A DNA stretch of 52,396 nucleotides from assembly GCA_038249175.1 (NCBI GenBank), contig JBBRWP010000001.1, positions 1-52,396 of the forward strand, written 5' to 3'. Positions 33,218-43,735 of the stretch are shown here, one piece after another. Each line of letters opens with the position of its first letter. Positions within the stretch are counted from its first letter, which is position 1. The position numbers were made by a program, and so were the translations under genes. Origin of the DNA: Acetivibrionales bacterium (GTDB lineage Bacteria > Bacillota > Clostridia > DSM-8532). The notes beneath the pieces were generated by a model. It made no database searches. It was not told where the DNA came from and saw nothing but the letters and a program-made list of their open reading frames with translations.

Positions 33218-35161
33218 ATGGATTTCATTCGTATTGCAACAGCATCACCAGCGCTTCGTGTCGCAGATGTGCAATATAACATTGAAAATATGTGTACATT
33301 AGCCACACAAGCCAGAGAAGCAGGGGTTCAGATTGTTTTGTTCCCGGAGCTTTGTGTGACGGCTTACTCCTGCGCAGATTTATTTCGACAATCCATTTTG
33401 CTGGAAACTGCTGAAGAGGGTGTTGCAAGTTTCGTTGCTGCATTTCAGGATTGGGAAGGCATACTGGTTTTTGGTGCACCAATCGCTATGGACGGGCGAA
33501 TATACAACTGTGCTATTGTAGCGCAGGACGGAAAGATTTGTGGTATAGTACCCAAAACACACATTCCCGGGAATAACGAGTATTACGAACCACGTTGGTT
33601 CTCTCCGGCGATGTCTTGCAACCGTGGAATGATAGTGTATGCCGGCTTTGAAGTGCCTATTGGTGCCGATATCCTGTTTCCTCTTGAAGATGAACCCAAT
33701 GCCGTTATTGGTATTGAAATCTGCGAAGATTTGTGGATGCCTGTTCCGCCAAGTAGTCTGCAGGCACGCGCAGGAGCAACAATACTGATGAATTTATCCG
33801 CGTCTAATGAGTTGGTGGGTAAGGCGGACTATCGTCGCAGCCTTGTTCTAAATCAATCAGCACGATGCCTCGGAATATATGCCTACGCGTCAGCCAATCC
33901 CGGTGAGTCAACAACGGATACAGTTTTTGGTGGTCATATGCTTATAGCGGAAGGCGGGCATTTGCTTGCTGAATCATCCCGTTTTGAAACAGCTGGTACC
34001 CTGCTCATTGCAGACGTTGATGTGGACAGGATGGCCCATGACAGACAGAATATGGGTTCCTTTCATCAAACGCTGAAAATGGATGCTACGACGCCTGTCT
34101 GGCGCAGTGTGTTTTTAGAATTGGCTTGTACGAAAGAAGATTCATTGTTCAGAAAAAACGATTCTCAGCCTTTTGTCCCCCAGAATCCAGCTGTGCGAGA
34201 AGCACGCTGTCAGGAAATCCTCGCAATTCAGACGGCCGGTTTAGCCAAACGCCTGATTCATACAGGACTGAAAAGACTTGTGGTTGGTGTTTCCGGCGGT
34301 TTGGACTCCACGTTGGCCTTAATCGTGGCCGCACGCACGATGGATCGCCTGCATTTGCCGCGAGAAAATGTCCTGGCTGTAACAATGCCCGGGTTTGGAA
34401 CGACGGACAGAACCTACCAAAATGCGCTGGCGCTGATTGAAAGTCTGAATGCAGAGAAAAAGGAAATACCCATTGTTGAGGCTTCCTTGCTGCATTTTCG
34501 AGATATCGGACACGATCCGAAAATTCATAATGTCACTTATGAGAATGTACAGGCAAGGGAACGCACACAAATACTAATGGATCTGTCCAACCTTAACGCA
34601 GGGTTGTTGGTTGGAACTGGCGATCTTTCTGAACTGGCACTGGGATGGTGTACCTATAACGGTGACCACATGTCCATGTATGCCGTAAATACCGGCGTGC
34701 CCAAAACACTTGTCCAATATCTTGTGGGATGGTACGCAGATCATGAAGCCGGTGAGAACTCAAAGCATATTTTGCTTGATATTTTAGCAACGCCAATCAG
34801 CCCTGAACTCCTCCCGCCAGGTGAAAATGGTGAAATTGAACAGAAAACAGAAGATGTTATCGGCCCTTATCTGTTACACGATTTTTTCCTGTTTCACTTT
34901 GTGCGGTATGGTGCAGAACCCCGTAAAATCCTGCGTTTGGCTTGTGATGCTTTTGCAGGAACGTATGAAAAGCATGAGATCAAGAAATGGCTGCAAGTGT
35001 TTATCCGGCGGTTTTTTTCACAACAATTCAAACGTTCCTGCTTGCCTGATGGGCCCAAAGTTGGCACCATCAGCCTTTCACCAAGGGCGGATTGGCGTAT
35101 GCCCAGTGATGCATCAGCGGCACTTTGGCTAGCCGATTTGGAGAGATCGGATGAATCCTAG
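33218..35161 (+). CDS. nadE: Glutamine-dependent NAD+ synthetase (CN-hydrolase + NAD synthetase domains)
   Basis: IGIEICEDLW nitrilase-type Cys; PP-loop GVSGGLDSTLAL. GGGAGG before ATG 33218. Confidence 0.88.
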   Translation: MDFIRIATASPALRVADVQYNIENMCTLATQAREAGVQIVLFPELCVTAYSCADLFRQSILLETAEEGVASFVAAFQDWEGILVFGAPIAMDGRIYNCAIVAQDGKICGIVPKTHIPGNNEYYEPRWFSPAMSCNRGMIVYAGFEVPIGADILFPLEDEPNAVIGIEICEDLWMPVPPSSLQARAGATILMNLSASNELVGKADYRRSLVLNQSARCLGIYAYASANPGESTTDTVFGGHMLIAEGGHLLAESSRFETAGTLLIADVDVDRMAHDRQNMGSFHQTLKMDATTPVWRSVFLELACTKEDSLFRKNDSQPFVPQNPAVREARCQEILAIQTAGLAKRLIHTGLKRLVVGVSGGLDSTLALIVAARTMDRLHLPRENVLAVTMPGFGTTDRTYQNALALIESLNAEKKEIPIVEASLLHFRDIGHDPKIHNVTYENVQARERTQILMDLSNLNAGLLVGTGDLSELALGWCTYNGDHMSMYAVNTGVPKTLVQYLVGWYADHEAGENSKHILLDILATPISPELLPPGENGEIEQKTEDVIGPYLLHDFFLFHFVRYGAEPRKILRLACDAFAGTYEKHEIKKWLQVFIRRFFSQQFKRSCLPDGPKVGTISLSPRADWRMPSDASAALWLADLERSDES

Positions 35162-35223
35162 ACCTTACTGGCAATACATCGAGGCATCTTTATCATAGTG
35201 ATGTGCATAAGAGAAGAGGGTTT

Positions 35224-35952
35224 ATGATTGGTTTGGGGACATTGGTCAATGTCGGCGCAATTATTGCAGGGGCAACTGTTGGTTGGTTGGCAAAAAAGGG
35301 AATTCCTGAGCGCTTTAAAACAACGATTATGCAAGGCATTGGTTTGGCAGTTCTTGTTGTAGGGCTATCAGGAAGTCTCCAGGGTATATTTCAAGTGAAT
35401 GCGCAGCATCTTGACAGGACATATTTAACGGGCATGATTCTTTGTCTTGTTATTGGCGGCGTGATTGGTGAAGTGCTCAATATAGAGAAAAAAATTAACC
35501 AGCTGGGGGAGTGGTTTCAGTATAAATTCTCAAAAGGAGAAAGTACCTTTGCAGAAGGCTTTGTAACCGCCAGTCTGATATACTGTGTCGGCGCTATGGC
35601 TATTGTTGGTTCACTGGAAGACGGTTTAGGCGGCAATACACAAATTCTCTTTGCAAAGGCTGTATTGGATGGTGTTTCGGCTATTGTTTTTGCTGCAACA
35701 CTTGGTATTGGTGTTGCTTTTTCATTTATTCCGGTGCTTCTTTTTCAGGGGAGTGTAACGTTACTTGCCAAATTTGTTGAACCCTGGATGACGCCGGATG
35801 TTATCTCGCAAATGTCCATCATTGGTGGTGTGCTGATCATGGGTATCGGCATTGACATCTTAGGAATTAAAAAGATAAAGGTAGGAAATCTGCTGCCGGC
35901 AATTTTTCTGCCAATTGTTTATGACGTTGTTTCCCGACTGCTTTTCTCCTAA
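35224..35952 (+). CDS. DUF554 family membrane protein
   Basis: MIGLGTLVNVGAIIAGATVG N-terminus and polytopic hydrophobic profile typical of YdfK/YqgA-like proteins. Confidence 0.7.
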   Translation: MIGLGTLVNVGAIIAGATVGWLAKKGIPERFKTTIMQGIGLAVLVVGLSGSLQGIFQVNAQHLDRTYLTGMILCLVIGGVIGEVLNIEKKINQLGEWFQYKFSKGESTFAEGFVTASLIYCVGAMAIVGSLEDGLGGNTQILFAKAVLDGVSAIVFAATLGIGVAFSFIPVLLFQGSVTLLAKFVEPWMTPDVISQMSIIGGVLIMGIGIDILGIKKIKVGNLLPAIFLPIVYDVVSRLLFS

Positions 35953-36027
35953 TGGTTCAAAGGCGCCTGAAATCATTTTTTAAACTTAGTGAATTACTGT
36001 CAATCATTTTCAAACTTAGTGAATTAC

Positions 36028-36056
36028 TTGACAGCCTACGCAATATGTCATATAGT
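36028..36056 (+). promoter_or_regulatory. Promoter TTGACA-N17-TATAGT for the opp operon, overlapped by a 2x about 31-bp direct repeat (35972-36033)
   Basis: ATCATTTT(TT/C)AAACTTAGTGAATTACT occurs twice. The second copy ends in the -35 box. Confidence 0.6.
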
Positions 36057-36150
36057 TTTTTAACAGAAGCAATGGTGCTTGTCTCAAAAACAATGGACAA
36101 GCTCTTTTTGTGTCATGAGAACCCTTCCAAAATTGAGAGGAGAACCTATA

Positions 36151-37857
36151 ATGAGAAAAACAAGAACCCTGCTCGCGTTTCTACTTGTGTTCGCGATGGC
36201 CATCAGTTTTGTTGCATGTGGCAACGCTACTGACACAACACCCACGCCCACAGCATCAGCTGAAGCCACGGCTACCCCTGCTGCCGGGGGCGGCGATGCA
36301 ACTGCCGGAGGCGTCCTTAACGTCATGATTGAAGTCGAAGTCTCCAGCCTTGATCCCCAGCTTGCCACCGATGGCACCAGCTTCGAGGTCATCGCGAACT
36401 ATACAGATGGCCTCATGCAAATGGATGCAACCGGTAAATCTGTTCCCGCCATCGCCGAGAGCGTTGACGTGAGTGCCGACGGTCTTACCTACACTTTCAA
36501 ACTGCAGAAGGATGCAAAGTGGAGCAACGGTACCCCTGTGACTGCCGACGACTTTGTGTTTGGCTGGCAGCGCGCCGCTGACCCGGCTAACGCATCCGAA
36601 TATTCCTACATGCTCAGCGACATCGGTCAAATCAAGAACGCCGCTGAAATCATCGCAGGCACAAAGCCTGTCACCGATTTGGGTGTGAAGGCTGTGGATG
36701 AGAAAACACTCGAGGTTTCGCTCCTTGTGCCGGTATCCTACTTTGACAGCCTCATGTACTTTCCGACCTTCTACCCGGTTAACCGCGCTTTTTATGATAA
36801 ATTGGCTACCGGCACTTTCGGCACCAGCCCGGAAACCGTCCTTAGCAACGGTGCATTTAAGCTTGAAAGCTACGAGCCGGCTGCCTTGGCGTTCAGCCTT
36901 GTGAAGAACCCCGACTACTTCAATGCTGCTGCCGTAAAACTGGACGGACTTAGTTATCAGGTCGTAAAAGACAGCCAACAGGCGTTCCTGAGCTATCAGA
37001 ACGGCAACCTGGATATCGTTAAACTCAGTGGCGATCAGGTAGATCAAGTGACGGGAGACCCGGAACTTAAGGTTGTCGGTGCAGGTTACCTGTGGTACCT
37101 GACCATGAACGGTAAAGATGTAGCAGCTCTTGGCAATGCCAACATGCGTCTTGCCATCACCAATGCTGTGAATCGTGCAGTCATCGTCAAGGATGTTATC
37201 AAGGACGGTTCTGTTGCTACCTACACCAGCGTTCCTCCGCAGTTTGCCACCGGTCCGGACGGCACAGATTTCAGTGCTGACCAAACCGCGTTCGCTGACG
37301 TTTGCTCAGATGATCCTGCAAAAGCGTTGCAATTTTATGAAAAAGCCAAAGCAGAGTTGGGTCAAGACACGTTCACTTTTGAGTTATTGCTCGAAGACCA
37401 AACTGAAACCCAAAACACGGCTGCTGTGCTAAAGGAACAGATTGAAAACGCACTACCGGGTGTCACCCTGAACCTCAAGGTGGAACCGAAGAAACAGCGT
37501 GTAGAAGACATCCAAAACGGCAACTACGAAGTATGTCTCACACGCTGGGGACCAGACTATGCCGATCCAATGACCTATCTTGGCATGTGGGTCACCGGCA
37601 ACAGCAACAACTATGGTCTGTGGAGCAATGCCGAATACGATCAGTTAATCGCAGACTGCACCACCGGCAAATACATCACAGATGCCAAAGCTCGCTGGGA
37701 AGCCATGTTCAAAGCTGAGAAAATCACCATGGACGAGGCAGTCATTGCTCCGCTCTATACCAAAGCGGATGCCAACATGATCAAGTCCACTATTTCGGGC
37801 ATTGAATTCCATCCTGTGGCACTCAACCGTGTCTACAAAAACGCATCAAAGAAATAA
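36151..37857 (+). CDS. oppA: Oligopeptide ABC transporter substrate-binding lipoprotein
   Basis: Signal peptide with lipobox FVACG. Family-5 SBP length and motifs. RBS GAGAGGAG. Confidence 0.85.
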   Translation: MRKTRTLLAFLLVFAMAISFVACGNATDTTPTPTASAEATATPAAGGGDATAGGVLNVMIEVEVSSLDPQLATDGTSFEVIANYTDGLMQMDATGKSVPAIAESVDVSADGLTYTFKLQKDAKWSNGTPVTADDFVFGWQRAADPANASEYSYMLSDIGQIKNAAEIIAGTKPVTDLGVKAVDEKTLEVSLLVPVSYFDSLMYFPTFYPVNRAFYDKLATGTFGTSPETVLSNGAFKLESYEPAALAFSLVKNPDYFNAAAVKLDGLSYQVVKDSQQAFLSYQNGNLDIVKLSGDQVDQVTGDPELKVVGAGYLWYLTMNGKDVAALGNANMRLAITNAVNRAVIVKDVIKDGSVATYTSVPPQFATGPDGTDFSADQTAFADVCSDDPAKALQFYEKAKAELGQDTFTFELLLEDQTETQNTAAVLKEQIENALPGVTLNLKVEPKKQRVEDIQNGNYEVCLTRWGPDYADPMTYLGMWVTGNSNNYGLWSNAEYDQLIADCTTGKYITDAKARWEAMFKAEKITMDEAVIAPLYTKADANMIKSTISGIEFHPVALNRVYKNASKK

Positions 37858-37890
37858 GTAAGTAAGTTCCTGCTAAAACATATCTTTCAT

Positions 37891-37932
37891 CGCGCAGCGG
37901 CTTTGGCGTTATAACGAAGCCGCTGCGCGTTT
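37891..37932 (+). terminator. 13-bp-stem hairpin plus TTT between oppA and oppB (partial terminator or stabiliser)
   Basis: CGCGCAGCGGCTT-(loop)-AAGCCGCTGCGCG TTT. Confidence 0.65.
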
Positions 37933-37961
37933 GCAGTTTCACAACGAAAAGAGGGAATGGC

Positions 37962-38963
37962 GTGAAAAGCTTTATATTCAAGCGGATTCTCATCTCGGTG
38001 TTCACCCTTTTGGCGATCACCTTGTTACTGTTTCTTCTGCTTCAGTTGATGCCCGGTTCGCCCTTTAATGACGAAAAGCTCAACGATGACCAACGTGCGG
38101 TTCTAAATACCAAATATGGCCTTGATCAACCTTTGCCTGTTCAATTTTGTAAATATGTATTGAATCTGGTCAAGGGAGATTTTGGTGTCAGCTACAACAT
38201 CAGCAAAAATACGCCCATCAGCCAGTTGGTACAATCCCGTATTCCAGCCAGCGTCAAGGTTGGCGGCATGGCGGTCAGTCTTGGGGCGCTTACTGGTTTG
38301 CTGCTTGGCATCGTTGCAGCGCTGAAGCGGGGTACTTTTTGGGACAGTCTTTCTACAGTTATCTCCGTATTGGGGGTTTCGGTTCCGAGTTATGTATTTG
38401 CGCTCGCGTTAAGCTATTTTGTTGGTTTTAAACTCAATTTGCTGCCCATGCTATATAACATGAAAGAGCCATTTGCATCGATCATATTACCGAGCATTGC
38501 CCTGTCCATGTTTACAATGGCTTCCATAGCACGGTTTACGCGCAATGAGATGTTGGAGGTGCTTGGCAGCGAATATATGCTTTTGGCTGAAAGTAAAGGG
38601 ATTAGCGGTGCACCACTAATCCTGCGACATGCGCTCAGAAACGCACTCATCCCTATTGTTACGGTTCTTGCACCGCTTATCGTAGACCTCATCACAGGGA
38701 GCCTTGTGGTCGAGAAGATTTTCTCCATTCCTGGCATTGGCAGCCTGTTGGTCACGGCCATCCAATCCAACGACTACAATGTTGTTATCGCACTCAGCTT
38801 CATCTATAGTGCGCTTTACATCGCCATCATGCTGGTTGTGGATATCCTTTACGGTCTTATCGATCCGCGAATCCGCCTTTCAAAGGAAGGTGGCGCCCCT
38901 GGCAGACCCGGGTTTATCACGCGCTGGGCACGTGTCCTGCGTCCAAAAAGAAAGGCGGTGTAG
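37962..38963 (+). CDS. oppB: Oligopeptide ABC transporter permease
   Basis: BPD_transp_1-type permease; EAA-like region SKGISGAPLILRHALRNALIP. GTG start. Confidence 0.85.
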   Translation: MKSFIFKRILISVFTLLAITLLLFLLLQLMPGSPFNDEKLNDDQRAVLNTKYGLDQPLPVQFCKYVLNLVKGDFGVSYNISKNTPISQLVQSRIPASVKVGGMAVSLGALTGLLLGIVAALKRGTFWDSLSTVISVLGVSVPSYVFALALSYFVGFKLNLLPMLYNMKEPFASIILPSIALSMFTMASIARFTRNEMLEVLGSEYMLLAESKGISGAPLILRHALRNALIPIVTVLAPLIVDLITGSLVVEKIFSIPGIGSLLVTAIQSNDYNVVIALSFIYSALYIAIMLVVDILYGLIDPRIRLSKEGGAPGRPGFITRWARVLRPKRKAV

Positions 38964-38964
38964 C

Positions 38965-39999
38965 ATGAGTGAAAAAACTGAATTTTTCCCGGACGATTTC
39001 GAACGCATCGCCGGTGAACCGGATGCTGTAGTAGATTCAGGCTTCACCAGTGACAGTTACTGGCGTGATGTGCGCAGGAGATTCATCACCAACCGTGGTG
39101 CCGTCATTGCCCTCGTTTTCATCATATTGATCGTCTTTTTCGCAGCATTTGGACCGGTAATGAACCAGTACAGCTACAAAGACCAGAACCTGTCCCAGAA
39201 GAACTTTGCACCGCGGATACCCTTGCTGGAGAAATTGGGTATTTTTAATGGTGATGAAGCACTGAAAACCACGATGGGTGTAAAAAACATCAATGGTTAT
39301 CGGGATAAGAATCTGCCGGACGTCTATTACTGGTTCGGCAGTGACACTTTAGGGCGTGATATCTGGACCCGGGTATGGGAGGGAGCACGTATATCACTCG
39401 GCATCGCTGTCGTCAGCGCACTGATTAATATGACGCTTGGCTTGTGCTTCGGACTGATTAGCGGCTATTTTGGCGGATTAACCGACAGCATTATGCAGCG
39501 TTTTGCGGAGATTAATAATGGGATACCCCGTCTGGTCATTGTCACTTTGCTGCTGCTTGTTTTTAGACCCGGCTTTGTCACCATTGTGCTGGCGCTGGTC
39601 ATTACAGACTGGATTAGTATGAGCCGCATTGCTCGAGCTGAAATGCTAAAACTCAAGGAGCAGGAATTTGTACTGGCAAGCCGGACCCTGGGTGCAAATC
39701 ACCGTACGATCATTTTCCGCGAAGTACTCCCAAACATCATTGGTCAGGTGTTTACGCAACTCATGTTCAGTATCCCGACAGCCATTTTCATGGAAGCATT
39801 TTTAAGTTTCGTCGGCCTTGGCATCCCGGTGCCACAGTGCAGTCTGGGATCGTTGATCAACGATGCATTCAACAGCTTCACCACGCACCCCTATCAGATT
39901 ATCCCGCCAATTCTGGTGTTGGCCCTCTTGATGCTCTGCTTCAATATTCTGGCGGATGGACTGCGCGAAGCCTTTGACCCAAAACTAAAGGAGATGTGA
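38965..39999 (+). CDS. oppC: Oligopeptide ABC transporter permease
   Basis: OppC N-terminal domain plus permease core. ATG 38965 lies 1 nt after the oppB stop; the track start 38704 overlaps oppB and is rejected. Confidence 0.85.
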   Translation: MSEKTEFFPDDFERIAGEPDAVVDSGFTSDSYWRDVRRRFITNRGAVIALVFIILIVFFAAFGPVMNQYSYKDQNLSQKNFAPRIPLLEKLGIFNGDEALKTTMGVKNINGYRDKNLPDVYYWFGSDTLGRDIWTRVWEGARISLGIAVVSALINMTLGLCFGLISGYFGGLTDSIMQRFAEINNGIPRLVIVTLLLLVFRPGFVTIVLALVITDWISMSRIARAEMLKLKEQEFVLASRTLGANHRTIIFREVLPNIIGQVFTQLMFSIPTAIFMEAFLSFVGLGIPVPQCSLGSLINDAFNSFTTHPYQIIPPILVLALLMLCFNILADGLREAFDPKLKEM

Positions 40000-40015
40000 G
40001 AAGGAGGGATTATCC

Positions 40016-41104
40016 ATGGAAAACCAGACCCGAAAAAAGGTAATGGAAATCCGTAATCTTTCCATCACTTTCCGTACGGCTGTAGGACCTGTGCACGCCA
40101 TCCGGGGCGTGGATTTGGATATGCACCGCGGAGAAACTGTTGCCATTGTCGGAGAATCCGGCAGCGGCAAATCCGTCACCATGAAGGCTGCAATGGGCAT
40201 CATGGATAAAAATGGCCAGGTAGATTCGGGCACCATTTTCTATACCTATCTCAGTGACGACAAAACGGAGAAGACTGTCGATATCCTGCAAATGAAGAAA
40301 AAAGAGCTCCGCCGCCACATCAATGGTAAGCGGATTGCCATGATTTTTCAAGACCCTATGACCAGCCTTGACCCGACGATGATGATTGGCAGGCAAATTA
40401 TTGAAGGCATGCTCTGGCACAAGCGCGCAACCCGCAAAGCCGCTTGGGGAAAGGCCGTCAAACTTCTGGAAGAGGCCGGTATCGACGATGCGGAAAAACG
40501 GATGAAAAACTACCCGCATCAACTCTCGGGCGGCATGCGCCAGCGTGTGGTTATTGCCATTGCACTCGCCTGCGACCCGGATCTGCTTATTTGTGATGAA
40601 CCAACCACAGCACTCGATGTGACCATTCAGGCCAAAATTCTGGAACTGATTCAGCGCATTCAAAAGGAACGCAATATCTGCGTTATCTATATTACCCATG
40701 ACCTTGGCGTGGTCGCTAAAATTGCCGACTACGTCAACGTGATGTACGCGGGCCGGATTATTGAAAAAGGAACGGTGGATGAAATTTTCTTCGACCCCCG
40801 CCATCCGTATACATGGGGTCTTTTAAGCGCCATGCCGGATATGGACATGTCGAACGAACGGCTGTTTGCCATCCCCGGATCCCCGCCGAATCTCTTGCAT
40901 GACATACAAGGCGATGCCTTCGCCCCGCGCAATCCCTTTGCGCTAAACATCGATAAAAGGCTTGAACCGCCAATGTTTCGCATCAGCAAAACGCATTTCG
41001 CCGCAACCTGGCTGCTGGACCCGCGCGCGCCGAAGGTGGAAATGCCGGAAATACTGAAAAACCGTATACAAGCCATGCGGGAAGGAGAAATTGGACATGG
41101 ATAA
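40016..41104 (+). CDS. oppD: Oligopeptide ABC transporter ATPase
   Basis: Walker A GESGSGKS, signature LSGGMRQR, Walker [13 protein letters not shown], oligopeptide C-terminal domain. Confidence 0.9.
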   Translation: MENQTRKKVMEIRNLSITFRTAVGPVHAIRGVDLDMHRGETVAIVGESGSGKSVTMKAAMGIMDKNGQVDSGTIFYTYLSDDKTEKTVDILQMKKKELRRHINGKRIAMIFQDPMTSLDPTMMIGRQIIEGMLWHKRATRKAAWGKAVKLLEEAGIDDAEKRMKNYPHQLSGGMRQRVVIAIALACDPDLLICDEPTTALDVTIQAKILELIQRIQKERNICVIYITHDLGVVAKIADYVNVMYAGRIIEKGTVDEIFFDPRHPYTWGLLSAMPDMDMSNERLFAIPGSPPNLLHDIQGDAFAPRNPFALNIDKRLEPPMFRISKTHFAATWLLDPRAPKVEMPEILKNRIQAMREGEIGHG

Positions 41105-42155
41105 TTGTGAGCCGCTTTTAAAAGTCCAAGGGCTCAGTAGTGAACCACTCTTAGAAGTCCAAGGACTCAGTAGTGAACCACTCGTAGAAGTCCAAGGACT
41201 CAGTAGTGAACCACTCGTAGAAGTCCAAGACCTCAGACGTGAACCGCTTTTAAAAGTCCAAGGACTCAAACAGCACTTTGTGATGAATGGACACTTCACG
41301 GTCAAGGCCGTGGACGGTGTTGATTTTGTGATTTATCCGGGTGAAACATATGGACTTGTTGGCGAATCCGGCAGCGGCAAAAGTACAATCGGCCGAAGCC
41401 TCATCCGTCTCTACAAGCCAACTGGCGGCAAGATTGAATTTAGTGGCATGGACATATCCGGGAAAATGGATAAATCAACCACCAGCCGGCTCCGCATCGA
41501 GATGCAAATGATTTTTCAGGACCCTATGGCTTGTCTCAATCCACGCAAAAAGGTGGGCGAGATTATTGCCCAGGGCTTGGACATCCATCATTTATACCAG
41601 TCACGGGCTGAACGCAAGGAGAAAGTGGCGCAGATGCTCAAAAAGGTTGGCCTTTCTCCAGAGCATGCAGACCGGTATCCTCACCAGTTCAGTGGCGGAC
41701 AGCGCCAGCGTGTGGGCATTGCACGTGCGCTGATCATGAACCCCAAGCTTGTGATTGCAGACGAATGTATCAGCGCGCTGGATGTGTCCATTCAGGCACA
41801 GGTGGTGAGCCTCATGCAGGATCTGCAGGCTGAAACAGGAACCACGTATTTGTTCATCGCGCATGACCTGTCTATGGTTAAGTATATTTCAAACCGTATT
41901 GGTGTTATGCACATGGGTCATCTGGTAGAAACAGGAACGACAGAAGAAATATTCAGCAATGCCATACACCCCTATACCAAGAGTTTGTTGAGCGCAATCC
42001 ACCGCCCCAATCCAAAATCAGAGCGAGTGCGTGTGGCGTTAAGCTACGACTACAAAGAGCAGGGCGTAGACTATCATAAAGGGATACAGCAGCATTTAGG
42101 CGGGTCGCATCTTGTGTTGGCAACGGCTGAAGAACTGGTAAAATGGACACAGTGA
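41097..42155 (+). CDS. oppF: Oligopeptide ABC transporter ATPase with repeat-expanded N-terminus
   Basis: Walker [31 protein letters not shown]-terminal EPLL(K/E)VQGL unit present five times. Confidence 0.88.
   Translation: MDNCEPLLKVQGLSSEPLLEVQGLSSEPLVEVQGLSSEPLVEVQDLRREPLLKVQGLKQHFVMNGHFTVKAVDGVDFVIYPGETYGLVGESGSGKSTIGRSLIRLYKPTGGKIEFSGMDISGKMDKSTTSRLRIEMQMIFQDPMACLNPRKKVGEIIAQGLDIHHLYQSRAERKEKVAQMLKKVGLSPEHADRYPHQFSGGQRQRVGIARALIMNPKLVIADECISALDVSIQAQVVSLMQDLQAETGTTYLFIAHDLSMVKYISNRIGVMHMGHLVETGTTEEIFSNAIHPYTKSLLSAIHRPNPKSERVRVALSYDYKEQGVDYHKGIQQHLGGSHLVLATAEELVKWTQ
41109..41273 (+). repeat. Five in-frame tandem 33-bp units inside the oppF 5' end
   Basis: EPLLKVQGLSS / EPLLEVQGLSS / EPLVEVQGLSS / EPLVEVQDLRR / EPLLKVQGLKQ. 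Confidence 0.95.
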
Positions 42156-42227
42156 ATGCTTTGTTTGTATAAAAAAATATAAGGTAGGAAAAGGTTTGCA
42201 ACAAAGAAGTTGCAAAAGGAGGAATCA

Positions 42228-43670
42228 ATGGCAAAAGATGGTGGGAAAAAGCTGGTGGAAGCCATTACATCTATGGATGTGGATTTCGCACAATGGTACA
42301 CAGACATTGTGAAAAAAGCAGAGCTGGTGGATTATGCGGCGGTGCGCGGCTGCATGATTATTCGCCCCTATGGCTACGCCATTTGGGAGAACATTCAGCA
42401 TGAGCTGGACCGTCGCTTCAAAGAAACAGAGCATGAAAATGTTTCTATGCCCATGTTTATACCGGAGAGTCTGCTGCAAAAAGAAAAGGACCATGTGGAA
42501 GGCTTTGCACCGGAAGTGGCCTGGGTAACCCATGGCGGCAACGAAAAGCTGGCAGAACGCCTTTGTGTACGGCCGACTTCGGAAACACTGTTCTGCGACC
42601 ATTACAAGGATATCATCCAGTCCTGGCGCGATTTGCCGAAGCTCTATAACCAATGGTGTTCTGTGGTGCGCTGGGAAAAAACGACCCGTCCATTCCTGCG
42701 CTCTGTGGAGTTTTTATGGCAGGAAGGACACACGGCCCACGCCACGCCGGAAGAAGCGCAGGAAGAGACGTTGCGGATGCTGGACACCTACGCAGACTTC
42801 TGCGAAGAATTCCTGGCTATCCCTGTTGTGAAAGGACGTAAAACCGACAAGGAAAAATTTGCGGGTGCGAACGCAACGTATACCATTGAAGCCATGATGC
42901 ACGATGGAAAAGCCTTGCAATCCGGCACGTCGCACAATTTTGGAGACGGCTTTGCCAAAGCTTTTGGTATACAGTTTACAGACAAAGACAACACACTGAA
43001 ATATGTGCATCAAACCTCGTGGGGCCTTTCGACCCGTATTATCGGTGGTATTATTATGGTCCATGGCGACGACAACGGTTTGGTCCTGCCACCCCGTGTT
43101 GCACCAGTGCAGGTGGTCATCGTGCCTGTACAGCCTCAGGTTGAAGGCGTTTTGGAAAAAGCCAATGAGCTGAAGGAAATGCTGTCAAAAGTTTGCCGTG
43201 TGAAAATTGACACATCGGACAAACAACCCGGCTGGAAATTTGCTGAACATGAAATGCGTGGTGTGCCGATTCGTTTGGAAGTCGGGCCCAAAGACATTCA
43301 AAAAGAGCAGGTGGTGCTGGTCAGAAGAGACAACCGTGAAAAATTGTTTGTGTCTATGAATGGCCTGGATGAAACGGTAAAAGCTTTACTGGATGATATT
43401 CACGATAGTATGTTGGAAAAAGCACGGTCTTTCCGTGAATCCAGAACGACGACCGCAACGAACATGGAAGAATTTGAAACGCAGTTGAATACAAAACAGG
43501 GTTTTATCCGTGCCATGTGGTGTGGCGATGTTGCCTGTGAATTGGCCATTAAAGAAAAAACTGCGGCCACATCCAGGTGCCTGCCCTTTGACCAGACCAG
43601 TGTTTCCGAAACCTGCGTCTGCTGCGGCAAACCCGCCAAATCCCTCGTTATTTGGGGCAGAGCGTATTAA
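42228..43670 (+). CDS. proS: Prolyl-tRNA synthetase, archaeal/eukaryotic-like type
   Basis: About 480 aa, class II motifs, C-terminal Cys-rich domain ending ...WGRAY. AAGGAGG before ATG 42228. Confidence 0.88.
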   Translation: MAKDGGKKLVEAITSMDVDFAQWYTDIVKKAELVDYAAVRGCMIIRPYGYAIWENIQHELDRRFKETEHENVSMPMFIPESLLQKEKDHVEGFAPEVAWVTHGGNEKLAERLCVRPTSETLFCDHYKDIIQSWRDLPKLYNQWCSVVRWEKTTRPFLRSVEFLWQEGHTAHATPEEAQEETLRMLDTYADFCEEFLAIPVVKGRKTDKEKFAGANATYTIEAMMHDGKALQSGTSHNFGDGFAKAFGIQFTDKDNTLKYVHQTSWGLSTRIIGGIIMVHGDDNGLVLPPRVAPVQVVIVPVQPQVEGVLEKANELKEMLSKVCRVKIDTSDKQPGWKFAEHEMRGVPIRLEVGPKDIQKEQVVLVRRDNREKLFVSMNGLDETVKALLDDIHDSMLEKARSFRESRTTTATNMEEFETQLNTKQGFIRAMWCGDVACELAIKEKTAATSRCLPFDQTSVSETCVCCGKPAKSLVIWGRAY

Positions 43671-43735
43671 CCTGCGCATGAAACCCCTTGCCTCTTTGCA
43701 CACATCACCTCGAAATGCCCTGCCTCTTTGCACCG

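Noticed and set aside
35952-36233. 93-aa ORF between the DUF554 gene and oppA
   Set aside because: It covers the opp promoter, the direct repeats and the oppA signal-peptide region out of frame, and has no RBS.
36256-37284. 342-aa ORF antisense to oppA, and a 264-aa ORF (40010-40804) antisense to oppD
   Set aside because: These are shadow ORFs in G+C-richer coding regions. They have no recognisable motifs, and the sense-strand genes have clear family signatures.
38704-38964. Long 5' extension of oppC in the ORF track
   Set aside because: It overlaps the oppB 3' end in a different frame. ATG 38965 directly after the oppB stop gives a typical OppC N-terminus.
42156-42227. T-box leader upstream of proS
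   Set aside because: Only 72 nt are available between oppF and proS, and no specifier or T-box sequence is recognisable. There is just a small hairpin (TTTGCAAC/GTTGCAAA) before the RBS.
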